This document shows, piece by piece, positions 37,440-46,601 of a stretch of DNA of 64,000 nt (within the stretch, counting starts at the first letter, position 1; every line of letters starts with the position of its first letter). The position numbers and the translations under genes were made by a program. A model generated the notes under the pieces. It did not search any database and was not told where the DNA came from. It was given only the letters and a program-made list of their open reading frames with translations. The DNA is from Kiritimatiellia bacterium. Its GTDB lineage: Bacteria > Verrucomicrobiota > Kiritimatiellia > RFP12 > JAAYLN01. The stretch is taken from the NCBI GenBank assembly GCA_045627605.1, contig JAZQOA010000019.1:124-64123 (forward strand). The letters run 5' to 3'.

Positions 37440-37844
37440 ATGCGACACAAATGCATTGCTAAGAAATTCGGCAGGTCGATGTCCCACCGCAAGGAGCTGA
37501 TGGAATCGCTTGTCGCCAACCTCATCCTCAACGACCGCATCATCACGACGCTTCCCAAGGCCAAGCAGGCCCGCCGCGACGCGGAGAAGATGGTGACGCT
37601 TGCCCGCAAGGGCACGCTCGCCTCCCGTCGTCTCGCCGCCTCCCGCCTCCGCAGCCCCGAGGCTGTCCGGAAGCTTTTCGACTCGGTTGTCCCGGCGATG
37701 GATGGCCGCCCCGGCGGCTATACCCGCATTGTGAAGACCGGCACCCGCCGCGGCGACGCCGCCGAAATGGCGCTCCTCGAGTGGGTCGCGGCCCCCAAGG
37801 CCGTTGTCGCGCCGGAACCTGTCGAAGAGCCGGCCAAGGCCTAA
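37440..37844 (+). CDS. rplQ: 50S ribosomal protein L17
   Basis: 134 aa. MRHKCIAKKFGRSMSHRKELMESLVANLI..., GGYTRIVK. Confidence 0.95.
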   Translation: MRHKCIAKKFGRSMSHRKELMESLVANLILNDRIITTLPKAKQARRDAEKMVTLARKGTLASRRLAASRLRSPEAVRKLFDSVVPAMDGRPGGYTRIVKTGTRRGDAAEMALLEWVAAPKAVVAPEPVEEPAKA

Positions 37845-37866
37845 CTAAAACTTTAGGAAACAGAAA

Positions 37867-38298
37867 ATGAAGTCCTTCCTTCCAAAAGACCCCGGCGCCA
37901 ACCGCGAGTGGATTCTCGTCGATGCCGCCGACAAGCCCCTCGGCCGCCTTGCCGTGGCAATCGCCAACCACCTCCGCGGCAAGCACAAGCCCACTTTCTC
38001 CCCGATGGTCGACACCGGCGATTTCGTCGTCGTTGTCAATGCTGAGAAGGTCAAGCTTTCCGGCTCCAAGGAGCAGAAGAAGATCTACGAGAAGTACACC
38101 GGCTGGCGCGCAGGCCGCCGCACGATGACCGCCGAGCAGGTCCGTGCCCGCGATCCCAAGCGCATGATCGAGCAGGCCGTTTTCGGTATGCTCCCCGGCA
38201 ACCACCTCTGCCGCAGGATGATGACCCGCCTGAAAATCTTCGTCGGCCCCGAGCATGCCCACGCGGCCCAGAAGCCCAAGGCCGTCGAACTCGTCTAA
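37867..38298 (+). CDS. rplM: 50S ribosomal protein L13
   Basis: 143 aa. REWILVDAADKPLGRLAVAIANHLRGKHKPTFSP, VVVVNAEKVKLSG. Confidence 0.95.
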   Translation: MKSFLPKDPGANREWILVDAADKPLGRLAVAIANHLRGKHKPTFSPMVDTGDFVVVVNAEKVKLSGSKEQKKIYEKYTGWRAGRRTMTAEQVRARDPKRMIEQAVFGMLPGNHLCRRMMTRLKIFVGPEHAHAAQKPKAVELV

Positions 38299-38336
38299 CG
38301 CCCGGCCATCCAACATAACGAAAGAGGAGTTTAGAT

Positions 38337-38732
38337 ATGTCCACGATTATTGCAGCAGCCACCGGGCGCAGGAAGACGGCCGTTGCGCGTGTCCGCCTTG
38401 TCGCCGGATCCGGCAAGATCACGGTCAACGGCCGTGACGCCGCCGAGCTGTTTCCGAGCGAGGCTACCCGCACCTTCATGTGCCAGCCCCTGGTCATCAC
38501 CGGCACGGCCGAGAAATTCGACGTTGTCGCATACGCCTCAGGCGGTGGAACCACAGGCCAGGCCGGCGCCATCCGCCATGGCTTGGCTCGCGCACTTTGC
38601 GAAGCCGACAAGGAAAACTACCGTGCGCCGCTCAAGGCCGCCGGTTGCCTTACTCGCGATCCTCGCATGAAGGAGCGCAAGAAACCCGGTCAGCCCGGCG
38701 CCCGCAAGCGCTTCCAGTTCTCCAAGCGCTAA
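38337..38732 (+). CDS. rpsI: 30S ribosomal protein S9
   Basis: 131 aa. [14 protein letters not shown]..., [29 protein letters not shown]. Confidence 0.95.
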   Translation: MSTIIAAATGRRKTAVARVRLVAGSGKITVNGRDAAELFPSEATRTFMCQPLVITGTAEKFDVVAYASGGGTTGQAGAIRHGLARALCEADKENYRAPLKAAGCLTRDPRMKERKKPGQPGARKRFQFSKR

Positions 38733-40270
38733 TGGGTATTTTCAGCAAAATCGCCTCCTTGTTCCGCAAGGATGCGCAGCCTGAAAAGGATGCCTCGCCC
38801 GCTTTGGGCGAGGCGTCTCTTTCACGGAAACCGGGCGAAAAGCCCGTCAGGCCTTCCGCGCAGAAAGGCGAGCGCAAGTCTCCGCCGTGCGAACGCGCCA
38901 AGGTTGAAAAGCCCCGTCATCCCGTTTCCAACTGGACGGTTGCCGACTTCCCCGTCGAACCCGAAGAGGGCAAGCGCCGTTTCCACGACTTCGACCTCCC
39001 CGTCGAAATCATGCATGCTGTCGCCGATCTTGGCTTCAAGTATTGCACCCCGATTCAGGCGGCCAGCCTCGACAAGGCGATGGCGGGTCAAAATGTCGCC
39101 GGGCGGGCCCAGACGGGCACGGGTAAGACAGCGGCTTATTTGGTTTCCATCCTCACCCGGTATCTTCGCACGCCCGACAAGCGCCAAAACAAGGTCGCCA
39201 CGCCACGCGCCCTGGTCATTGCGCCGACGCGAGAGCTTTGCGTCCAGATTTGCTCCGACGCGCAGGCTCTTGGAAAATACTGCAACTTGCGCTCCCTTGC
39301 CGTTTACGGCGGCATGGAATATGCCCGTCAGCAGAAGCAGCTCCAAGACGATGTCGTCGACTTGCTGGCCGCCACGCCGGGCCGTCTCATCGACTTCATC
39401 CGCCAGCACATCGTCGACCTTTCGAAAATCGACACGCTCGTCATTGACGAGGCCGACCGCATGCTCGACATGGGCTTCATCCCCGATGTCCGCAAAATCA
39501 TCCGCGCCCTTCCCCAGGCCCGCCAGACGCTGCTCTACAGCGCGACGCTGAACGACGACGTGATGCGCCTCGCCTCGCAGTGGATGCCCAATCCCGTCAA
39601 GGTCGAGATCGAGCCCGAGCAGACGGCCAACGCCAATATCGAGCAGAAGGTGCTCATCGTCACTTCGCAGCAGAAGTTCGCCGTGCTGTGCAACCTTCTC
39701 AAGCAGCACGAGGGGCAGCGCGTCCTTGTCTTCGGCAACCGCCGTTCAAGCACCGATATGCTGGCGGATCGCCTGCGCCGACATGGCTTTCCCTGCGAGC
39801 TCCTTTCCGGCGACGTCAACCAAAACGTCCGCATGAAGGTTCTCGAAGATTTCAAGTCTGGGGCAACGAAGCTTGTCGTCGCCACCGATGTGGCGGGCCG
39901 CGGACTCCACATCGCGGACATCGGCCTGGTCGTGAATTTTGAACTTCCCTACGAAGCCGAGGACTACGTCCACCGCATTGGCCGGACCGGCCGCGCCGGC
40001 AAGGTCGGCACGGCGGTTTCGTTCGCGGACGAGGACGAGTCGTTTGTCATTCCCGAAATCGAGGAGTATCTGGGCGAACCGCTCAAGACGACGATGCTCG
40101 ACGAGAACGACCCGCTTCTCGCCCCGCCACCGCCCGCCCAGCGCCGTTCGCGCGAGGAAGGCGGCGATTCCCGAGAAGGCGGCGGACGTCCCCCGCGCCG
40201 TTCCTCAGGCGGTGGAAGAGGTGGCTTTGGACGAGGTCCACGCCATGCAGGCCCAAGAGCGCACCGCTGA
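38732..40270 (+). CDS. DEAD-box ATP-dependent RNA helicase, RhlB-like, with an N-terminal extension and RGG-type tail
   Basis: 512 aa from ATG 38732 (TAATG overlap with the rpsI stop). Q motif FKYCTPIQ, motif I AGRAQTGTGKT, DEAD (VIDEADRM), SAT, motif VI HRIGRTGRAG. C-terminus SGGGRGGFGRGPRH. Confidence 0.9.
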   Translation: MGIFSKIASLFRKDAQPEKDASPALGEASLSRKPGEKPVRPSAQKGERKSPPCERAKVEKPRHPVSNWTVADFPVEPEEGKRRFHDFDLPVEIMHAVADLGFKYCTPIQAASLDKAMAGQNVAGRAQTGTGKTAAYLVSILTRYLRTPDKRQNKVATPRALVIAPTRELCVQICSDAQALGKYCNLRSLAVYGGMEYARQQKQLQDDVVDLLAATPGRLIDFIRQHIVDLSKIDTLVIDEADRMLDMGFIPDVRKIIRALPQARQTLLYSATLNDDVMRLASQWMPNPVKVEIEPEQTANANIEQKVLIVTSQQKFAVLCNLLKQHEGQRVLVFGNRRSSTDMLADRLRRHGFPCELLSGDVNQNVRMKVLEDFKSGATKLVVATDVAGRGLHIADIGLVVNFELPYEAEDYVHRIGRTGRAGKVGTAVSFADEDESFVIPEIEEYLGEPLKTTMLDENDPLLAPPPPAQRRSREEGGDSREGGGRPPRRSSGGGRGGFGRGPRHAGPRAHR

Positions 40271-40287
40271 TGCGGTGCGTTTTTTTG
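40260..40287 (+). terminator. rho-independent terminator after the helicase gene
   Basis: CGCACCGC (40260-40267), TGAT loop containing the stop codon, GCGGTGCG (40272-40279), then TTTTTTT. Confidence 0.7.
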
Positions 40288-40418
40288 TCGCCTGCCTTTT
40301 CAATGATTTCCGCGGGCGTTGATCTGCACGGGAAAATTAGGACTCTTTACTTTGCGGGACGCGGGTGCTAATATCGAAGTGCTGGCGTCAAGGACCGCCT
40401 ATAGCAAAGTGAGGGAAA

Positions 40419-42650
40419 ATGACCGCATCTTCAATTACACCCGCCCCAACGCCTGCCGACCCGTTCTGGACGGTGGCTGATCCAATCGCGGACGTCGTCG
40501 CCCCAGATCCGTTTGTCTGTTTCGACGCCGCGAGCGGATGGTACTATTCGCTCTTTACGAGAAGCACCAGGGTTGAGATATTCCGCAGCCGCGATCCCGG
40601 GAGTCTCCTCGCCGACAACGACAGCGCCGTGGTTTTCGAGGTTGGCGCCGCCGTCGGCATCTACTCCTGCGTCTGGGCCCCGGAGATGCACCGCGCACCG
40701 AACGGCAGGTGGTACATCTACACGAGTGGCAACACGATTCCCGGCGACACGTGGAAGCTCCGCCTCTTTGTGCTGGAATCAAAGACGTCCGACCCGTTCG
40801 ACGGCTTCGTTTTCAAGGGGTTTCCGCTTCCAGGCGTCGAGGCCATCGACCCGACGGTCTACGCGGCGCCCGATGGCCGCCGCTACCTCGTCTGCGCCCG
40901 TATGGGCGGTGGCGGCGAAAGCCTCTGGATGACCGAGCTTGAAAATCCCTGGACCTGCAAATCCGAAGGCGTGGAGCTGGTGCGTCCTGAACTTGACTGG
41001 GAACTGTCCTGCGGGCACATTGCGGAAGGTGCCTTCTTCCTGGAGAACGGCGGAAGGCTCTTCCTCGTCTATTCGGTCAACGACTGCCGCGCCGACACCT
41101 ATTCGCTCGCCATCGCCGAGCATGTCGGCGGCACCCTTATGGATGCGGCCAACTGGAAGAAAGGCGAAGCCCCCCTCCTCGTGCAAAGCGAGGGCATCTA
41201 CGGTCCCGGCCATGCGTCGTTTTTCAGGAAACCAAATGGCGAAATTTGGTGCGCCTACCACGCGCGCACCGTTCCAAACGCCGGCTTTGGCAAGCCCGAC
41301 TCGCGGAAGTTCTTCCTCCGCAAACTCAATTTCGACGCCGAAGGACGGCCCTCTTTCGACTGGGTTGCGATCCGCGCCATGCCCGACCGCCGCGTTTTCG
41401 TCCGCACCCCCAACTACGATCCCTTGAAAATCGCCCCCTACGAGCTTGAGGATCCGCTTGTGTTTTGCGACGGACGCAAAGTCGCCGATGCCGCCGGATG
41501 GGCGGAGCGCCGCCAGGAAATCCTCGGCATTTTCGCCCGCGAAATGTATGGTCAGCCGCCCCCGCCGCCAGAGGCGGTTGTCACGGAGCTGGCGGACGAA
41601 AAGATCGGCGTCGCTGCCGGCTTCGCCATCCGCCGCCAGTACCGCATGTGGTTCAAGGCCGACAAATCCGGCCCCTGCGTGAACTGGATCCTGTGGCTGC
41701 CGCGCTACGCGAAAAACCCCGTCCCCGTCATTTCATTCCTCAACTACAAGGGCAACCACGAGCTCGTCCCCGACGCGGACGTGCCCGTTTGCACGGCGTG
41801 GGTGCGCGGCTGCGCGTCGCATCGTTCCGACGAAGGCCTTCGCGGACGCATGCAGGATCCCGAATGTGACGCCGTCTTCCCGCTGGGCATGATTCTCGCC
41901 CGCGGCTACGCCGTGATGAGCGCCTGCTACGCCGAAATTTCACCGGATCCCGACCGCGCGGGCTGGGCGGATGACGCCGACAAGTTTCCGCAGGCGACTT
42001 TCGCCTACAAAGGTGTCTTCGACCTGTGGGGCGAACGCGATTCCCGCCGTTTGGACAACCCGACGGCGCTTGGCGCCTGGGGCTGGGCGCTTTCGCGCGG
42101 GCTCGACCTTGCCGAACGCATCCCCGAAATCGACGCGAATCGATCGGTTGTCACCGGCTATTCGCGCCTCGGCAAGGCGGCGCTTCTGGCGGCGGCGCGC
42201 GACGAGCGCTTCGCCGTGTGCGTCCCCAACCAGACGGGCGGCGGCGGCGCACCGCTTGCCAAACGCGACTACGGCGAGAACGTCTCGACGGAAAACACCA
42301 ACTTCATCCACTGGTACTGCCCCGCTTACGCGAAGTACGCCGCCGATCCGGCCCGGACGTTGTTCTTCGACCAGCACCTGCTGCTCGCCTGCGTGGCCCC
42401 GCGCGCTTTGCTCGTCGAGGGCTTTGACGAACCATGGTTCGACACGGAGGGCGAATACCTCGCTGTCAAGGCGGCGAGTCCCGTCTGGGAGTTCCTGAAG
42501 GGTGGCGGCATGCCGAATGTGGATTTTCCTCCTGATTTCGACACTTCGGCGATTGGCCGCCATCTCGGCTATGTTCGCCGCTGCGAAAAACACGGCATCT
42601 CGGCCTACGACTGGCAATGGCTGCTTGATTTTTCGGATTCAAAATGGTAG
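40419..42650 (+). CDS. bifunctional-looking glycoside hydrolase family 43-like N-terminal domain fused to a CE15 glucuronoyl-esterase-like C-terminal domain
   Basis: 743 aa with GAGGG RBS. The N-terminal ~320 aa carry beta-propeller GH43-type blocks (DPFV, VWAPEMH, HIAEGAFF). The C-terminal half resembles bacterial CE15, with the nucleophile motif GYSRLGKAAL (compare the GCSRxG consensus). No signal peptide at MTASSITPAPTPADPFW. Confidence 0.6.
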   Translation: MTASSITPAPTPADPFWTVADPIADVVAPDPFVCFDAASGWYYSLFTRSTRVEIFRSRDPGSLLADNDSAVVFEVGAAVGIYSCVWAPEMHRAPNGRWYIYTSGNTIPGDTWKLRLFVLESKTSDPFDGFVFKGFPLPGVEAIDPTVYAAPDGRRYLVCARMGGGGESLWMTELENPWTCKSEGVELVRPELDWELSCGHIAEGAFFLENGGRLFLVYSVNDCRADTYSLAIAEHVGGTLMDAANWKKGEAPLLVQSEGIYGPGHASFFRKPNGEIWCAYHARTVPNAGFGKPDSRKFFLRKLNFDAEGRPSFDWVAIRAMPDRRVFVRTPNYDPLKIAPYELEDPLVFCDGRKVADAAGWAERRQEILGIFAREMYGQPPPPPEAVVTELADEKIGVAAGFAIRRQYRMWFKADKSGPCVNWILWLPRYAKNPVPVISFLNYKGNHELVPDADVPVCTAWVRGCASHRSDEGLRGRMQDPECDAVFPLGMILARGYAVMSACYAEISPDPDRAGWADDADKFPQATFAYKGVFDLWGERDSRRLDNPTALGAWGWALSRGLDLAERIPEIDANRSVVTGYSRLGKAALLAAARDERFAVCVPNQTGGGGAPLAKRDYGENVSTENTNFIHWYCPAYAKYAADPARTLFFDQHLLLACVAPRALLVEGFDEPWFDTEGEYLAVKAASPVWEFLKGGGMPNVDFPPDFDTSAIGRHLGYVRRCEKHGISAYDWQWLLDFSDSKW

Positions 42651-42684
42651 CATTTCAAATAATACTGAAAAAGGAGACAGTTTT

Positions 42685-43455
42685 ATGAAACGTTCCATCA
42701 CCCTTGTCGTCGCGGCGGCGTTTGTTGGCTCGGTGGCGCTTGCCGACAGCGCGGCCAATGCCTACGTCACGGTCGCGGCACCTGGCGCAAAGACCGCCGG
42801 CGGCGTTGATTTCGCGACCTCCGCATCGGGCGATTCCGTGATGGTCGAGGTCAAGGCCAATCCCGGCTGGGTGCTGACCTCCCCTTCGACACTTGTCATC
42901 CCGAAGGGCCAGGCCGGCGCGTGGTCGGCGCGCAGTTTCTATGGCGAGAGCGACTCCGGTGGCGAAATCTGCATTCCGCAGACGACGACCACATCCAACC
43001 ACGTGAAGCCCCCGCGCGGCGAGGTGAAGCTTCAGGTCAACCACGGCAACAACAACCCGGGAGCCTCTGCGGGGGCCGGCGCGGGCCACGGCGACAAGGA
43101 CCGTGGCGGGGTGATCAATATCGGCGCGTCGCTTTTCAAGGACTCCGCCGGGCTCCACCGCGTTGTCACGGCCCACGACTCCTGCCCTGGCGGGAAGTCC
43201 AACAAGCACACCGAGGAGAGCGGCGACGAAGCTGTCTTGCCCGACACCTTTGCGTGGACCTGGTCCGTCGGCGACGTTTCCGGGAGTTCGCGTGAAGAGA
43301 CGCTGCTGGTCAGCGGCGTCGTGTTGCCGCGCGGAAAATACACCGTCACCGTGACGCTTTCGGCTTCCTCCTCCACGTGCCCGTCCTGCAAGCTCTCGGC
43401 GACCGCCACGCGCGAGATCAATATCGGCAACGGCGTCATTGCCGGCGTTGACTGA
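42685..43455 (+). CDS. secreted hypothetical protein
   Basis: 256 aa from ATG 42685 with AAGGAG RBS. Signal peptide MKRSITLVVAAAFVGSVALA, Gly/Ala/Asn low-complexity centre, beta-rich C-terminus containing CPSC. No family recognised. Confidence 0.65.
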   Translation: MKRSITLVVAAAFVGSVALADSAANAYVTVAAPGAKTAGGVDFATSASGDSVMVEVKANPGWVLTSPSTLVIPKGQAGAWSARSFYGESDSGGEICIPQTTTTSNHVKPPRGEVKLQVNHGNNNPGASAGAGAGHGDKDRGGVINIGASLFKDSAGLHRVVTAHDSCPGGKSNKHTEESGDEAVLPDTFAWTWSVGDVSGSSREETLLVSGVVLPRGKYTVTVTLSASSSTCPSCKLSATATREINIGNGVIAGVD

Positions 43456-44873
43456 TGACGTCGCCGGACTTGCTTAGGCGTGTGGGCGCGGCTGTCGCGG
43501 CGCTCGTACTTCTGGTTGCGCTCCCGCTTCTTGCGGCCACCCCCGAAAAGCCCGGGCTCGGCCACTTGTTTTCCGCGCCGCAGTCGCCCGAACTTCAGGC
43601 GATGCTTTCGCGCTACCACCTCAAGGCCGGACGCTACGAGCAACCCCGGGCCTTTTCGCCGTCGGCCGAGGCGGACCGGGAACGCTACCGCAACGTGAAG
43701 GGCAGGCCTTTCCCCACCAGCCTCCTCTACCTTCTTTACACGCCGGACAGCCGCAACGCGCGCAAGGCCCCGCTCATCGTCTATTTCCCCGGATCCGGCG
43801 AGGTCGGCTCCGACCAGATGAAGCAATTCCGCCAGCGGTCGATTTTCGACATTGTCACCTCGGCGGACTTCCAGGATCGACACCCCTGCTTCTTCCTTGC
43901 CGTCTCGCTGCCAGACGGGACGCGCACGCTCTACGACGGGCTTCCCGGCGAACCATCCGCGATGCAAGACCTCGTCATGGGGGCCGTCCGCACAGTCGCC
44001 GCGGCGCAACAACGGCCGCTGGCCGACATGGACCGCCTTTACTCGGTTGGCTTTTCGCTCGGGGGCGAGTGCGCCTACGGCATTGCCCTCGCGTATCCAG
44101 GTTGCTTTGCCGGGACGATTTCCGTCGCCTCCTTTCCGCCGCCCGCGCAGTATGTCTCCGAAAAGCACCCCGGCTCGTGGTGGCACATCTACAACGAGGG
44201 TGACTACACGGTGCACGGCGTGACCGGCGACATGCTGGATCCTTTCGTCGACAGGGTGCGCGCCCTGGGTGGCGAGTTCCGAACCGGCACCTACCCGTGC
44301 GACGGCCACAACGCCTGGAGCGCCGCGTGGCGTGAGTCCGCCGCCTGGGACTGGCTTTTCTCCAAGTCGCTCGGCGACCACCCCGCGCCGTCATTCCGTG
44401 CGAAGCCCGAACTTTCCGCGCCGCGTTCGGTCGGCAAATCGGCCGCCGAGAAGATGCAGGAGACAGTCGCCATCGACCTGACCGCGTCGAAATGCACGGC
44501 GAGTGCACCGGGCAAGGGGCGCGCCTCGCAGCCCGCGATGGCGGTCGACGGACTTGACGGCACGGCCTACGTCTCCGGTCGTCCAATGAAAAAGGGCGAC
44601 TGGTTCGCGGTCGAATTTCCATCGCCCGTGGGCGGCGTCATTGTCGTCAAGACCGGCCACGCAGGCGCCGCGGCGAAGGACAAGCTCGCGAAGGGCCATG
44701 TGGAGGTTTCCACCGACGGGCTCGAATGGAAGCGTCGCGGACACTTCTCGGGAAAGTCCGGCGAGTGCGAAGTCAAGTTGCGGGATGACCTTGTCAAGTT
44801 CGTCCGCGTCCTGCCTGAGCCCGATTTACCGCGTGAACTTGTCGTCCGTGAAATCGCCGTGGTCCCGCAATGA
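43455..44873 (+). CDS. secreted alpha/beta-hydrolase (esterase) with a C-terminal F5/8 type C (discoidin) domain
   Basis: 472 aa. TGATG overlap with the upstream gene. Signal-like N-terminus, PLIVYFPGSGE, nucleophile elbow GFSLGG. C-terminal AMAVDGLDGTAYVS...WFAVEF...VEVSTDGLEW pattern typical of discoidin domains. Confidence 0.7.
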   Translation: MTSPDLLRRVGAAVAALVLLVALPLLAATPEKPGLGHLFSAPQSPELQAMLSRYHLKAGRYEQPRAFSPSAEADRERYRNVKGRPFPTSLLYLLYTPDSRNARKAPLIVYFPGSGEVGSDQMKQFRQRSIFDIVTSADFQDRHPCFFLAVSLPDGTRTLYDGLPGEPSAMQDLVMGAVRTVAAAQQRPLADMDRLYSVGFSLGGECAYGIALAYPGCFAGTISVASFPPPAQYVSEKHPGSWWHIYNEGDYTVHGVTGDMLDPFVDRVRALGGEFRTGTYPCDGHNAWSAAWRESAAWDWLFSKSLGDHPAPSFRAKPELSAPRSVGKSAAEKMQETVAIDLTASKCTASAPGKGRASQPAMAVDGLDGTAYVSGRPMKKGDWFAVEFPSPVGGVIVVKTGHAGAAAKDKLAKGHVEVSTDGLEWKRRGHFSGKSGECEVKLRDDLVKFVRVLPEPDLPRELVVREIAVVPQ

Positions 44874-46549
44874 AAATAGGCCGGGAAATTTTCGCGGCGG
44901 TCGCCCTTTGCTCATTGCTTTTCAATTTTCCCGCCCTGTTTGGTATCGCGCGGCAAACCCTTGCGCCTGGCGGTGACTTCACCCGCGATTTGGCGAGGCT
45001 TGTCCGCGACGCGCTTCCGGAAGGCGGTTCGGTTTGTCTTGTTTCGTCGGACGACAGCCGCGAGGCCTCGGTCGAAACGGCAATGCGGCAGGCAGTGGCC
45101 TGGGAGGTGGCGCCCGCGCCGGTCCCGCAGGGCGGCGCCGCGGAATGCGGACGGCTGGCGGACGCCGTGCTGTGCCCGTCCTGCGCCACCGGTGACATCG
45201 CGTGGCTGGCAAATCCCGGCAGCGGTTTTACCAAGGTTGGCGAGGCGATGGGGCGCGAACTCTGGGTTCGCGAAGGCGACGCCTCTGCGCGGCGTCCGAG
45301 TGCGGACGTCTCGTTGCGAACCGAACTCATCGGCCTTCTGCCTGTCGCCATAGTCGTCGTTTCCGGGTTGTTGGTGGGGGGGACGCCGGGAATGCTTCTG
45401 GCGGTTGTCGCGCATTCCCTGCTGGCAATGGCCGTGGCGCTTGGCGGAATCGCCTTTTCGCGTCCGCTGGCCTGGGGAATCGTCCCCCTTGCGGTGGCTT
45501 GCGCAGGGTTTGCGCGCCGGGGCGTTCCGCGAGACGGAGTGCGCCGCCTGGCCTCGCCGTCCGCTACGATTTGCGCCTGCCTTATATTCGCCGTGGTTTC
45601 CGGACTGGCGTTGGCGCACCGTTTCGTGCCGCCCTACGGACTCGCCGTGACGGGTGGCAAGGCTAAGGCGTGGTTTCTGGCGCAGGGGGCGCATCCGTCG
45701 TTTTTCGCGGACGCCGTCTGGCGTGTTTTCGAGCCGGCCTATCCGCCGGGATGCGCCGCGCAGGTTCTGGGCTGCTATGCCGCCGCGGGGCGGTGCGGTG
45801 ATTTCGCCACGCAGCTGCTGACGTGCGTGTTCCTGGCGTTGCTTGCGGCCGCCGCTTTGGCGCAGATGCACGGGGCGTGGCGCAAGGTGTGGCTGGCGGC
45901 GCTCTTTCTGGCGCCCGCCTCGCTGATGGCCGCCGGGCAGTTCTATCCCGAGCCGCTCATGGCGCTTTGCGTGCTGGTCGGTTGGCTTTGCGTGGGGGAA
46001 GGCAAGTCCGTTCCCCTGGGGTGGTTCCTGCTCGGAATGTCAGGATGGTTCAAGAACGAGGGGCTGGTCTTTCTGTTGGCCGCATGGGTGGCCTGGCGGC
46101 TGGCGGACTGCCGCCGCGCGGACGTCCGCGACCTTTTGCTTGGCGCGGCGCTTCCCGTCGCCTGGCACATTGGCTGTCGCGCCGCCGGCGCACACCTAAA
46201 CGGCTATGCCGCGCCGGGGCAAATTTCCGCGCTTCGCGGCGCACGGGCCGCCGCCGAGGTATTGCGCCGGGCTTTCCTCCGTCCGTGGGAGACGGTCTTC
46301 GCCTATCCCGCGGCGGCCGCCGCGGCGGTGTGGATACGCCGTCGTGGCGAGTTCCTTCCCCGGTCTTTCAAGGCCGCGCTTGTCTTTGCCGTGCTTTCGT
46401 TGTTGTCTTTTTGCGCAATCTACGCCTGTGGCGACGCGGCAACCGACTTGCAGTGGCATTTGCGGACGAGCCTGCCCCGCCTTTTGCTGACGCCGGCGTT
46501 GATTCTCGCCTGTGAAACCGCGTGGCTTGGCGAGACTTTTGGGGATTGA
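44870..46549 (+). CDS. polytopic integral membrane protein (possibly glycosyltransferase-C or O-antigen-ligase-like; unverified)
   Basis: 559 aa. ATGA overlap with the upstream gene. One N-terminal TM segment, a soluble segment of about 130 aa, then at least 10 hydrophobic segments. Ala/Leu/Gly-rich. Confidence 0.6.
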   Translation: MKIGREIFAAVALCSLLFNFPALFGIARQTLAPGGDFTRDLARLVRDALPEGGSVCLVSSDDSREASVETAMRQAVAWEVAPAPVPQGGAAECGRLADAVLCPSCATGDIAWLANPGSGFTKVGEAMGRELWVREGDASARRPSADVSLRTELIGLLPVAIVVVSGLLVGGTPGMLLAVVAHSLLAMAVALGGIAFSRPLAWGIVPLAVACAGFARRGVPRDGVRRLASPSATICACLIFAVVSGLALAHRFVPPYGLAVTGGKAKAWFLAQGAHPSFFADAVWRVFEPAYPPGCAAQVLGCYAAAGRCGDFATQLLTCVFLALLAAAALAQMHGAWRKVWLAALFLAPASLMAAGQFYPEPLMALCVLVGWLCVGEGKSVPLGWFLLGMSGWFKNEGLVFLLAAWVAWRLADCRRADVRDLLLGAALPVAWHIGCRAAGAHLNGYAAPGQISALRGARAAAEVLRRAFLRPWETVFAYPAAAAAAVWIRRRGEFLPRSFKAALVFAVLSLLSFCAIYACGDAATDLQWHLRTSLPRLLLTPALILACETAWLGETFGD

Positions 46550-46601
46550 CCGGTTCTTGCCGCGGCGCGGGCGGGAAACTTGTTGCGGTGGCCGGATGGG
46601 C

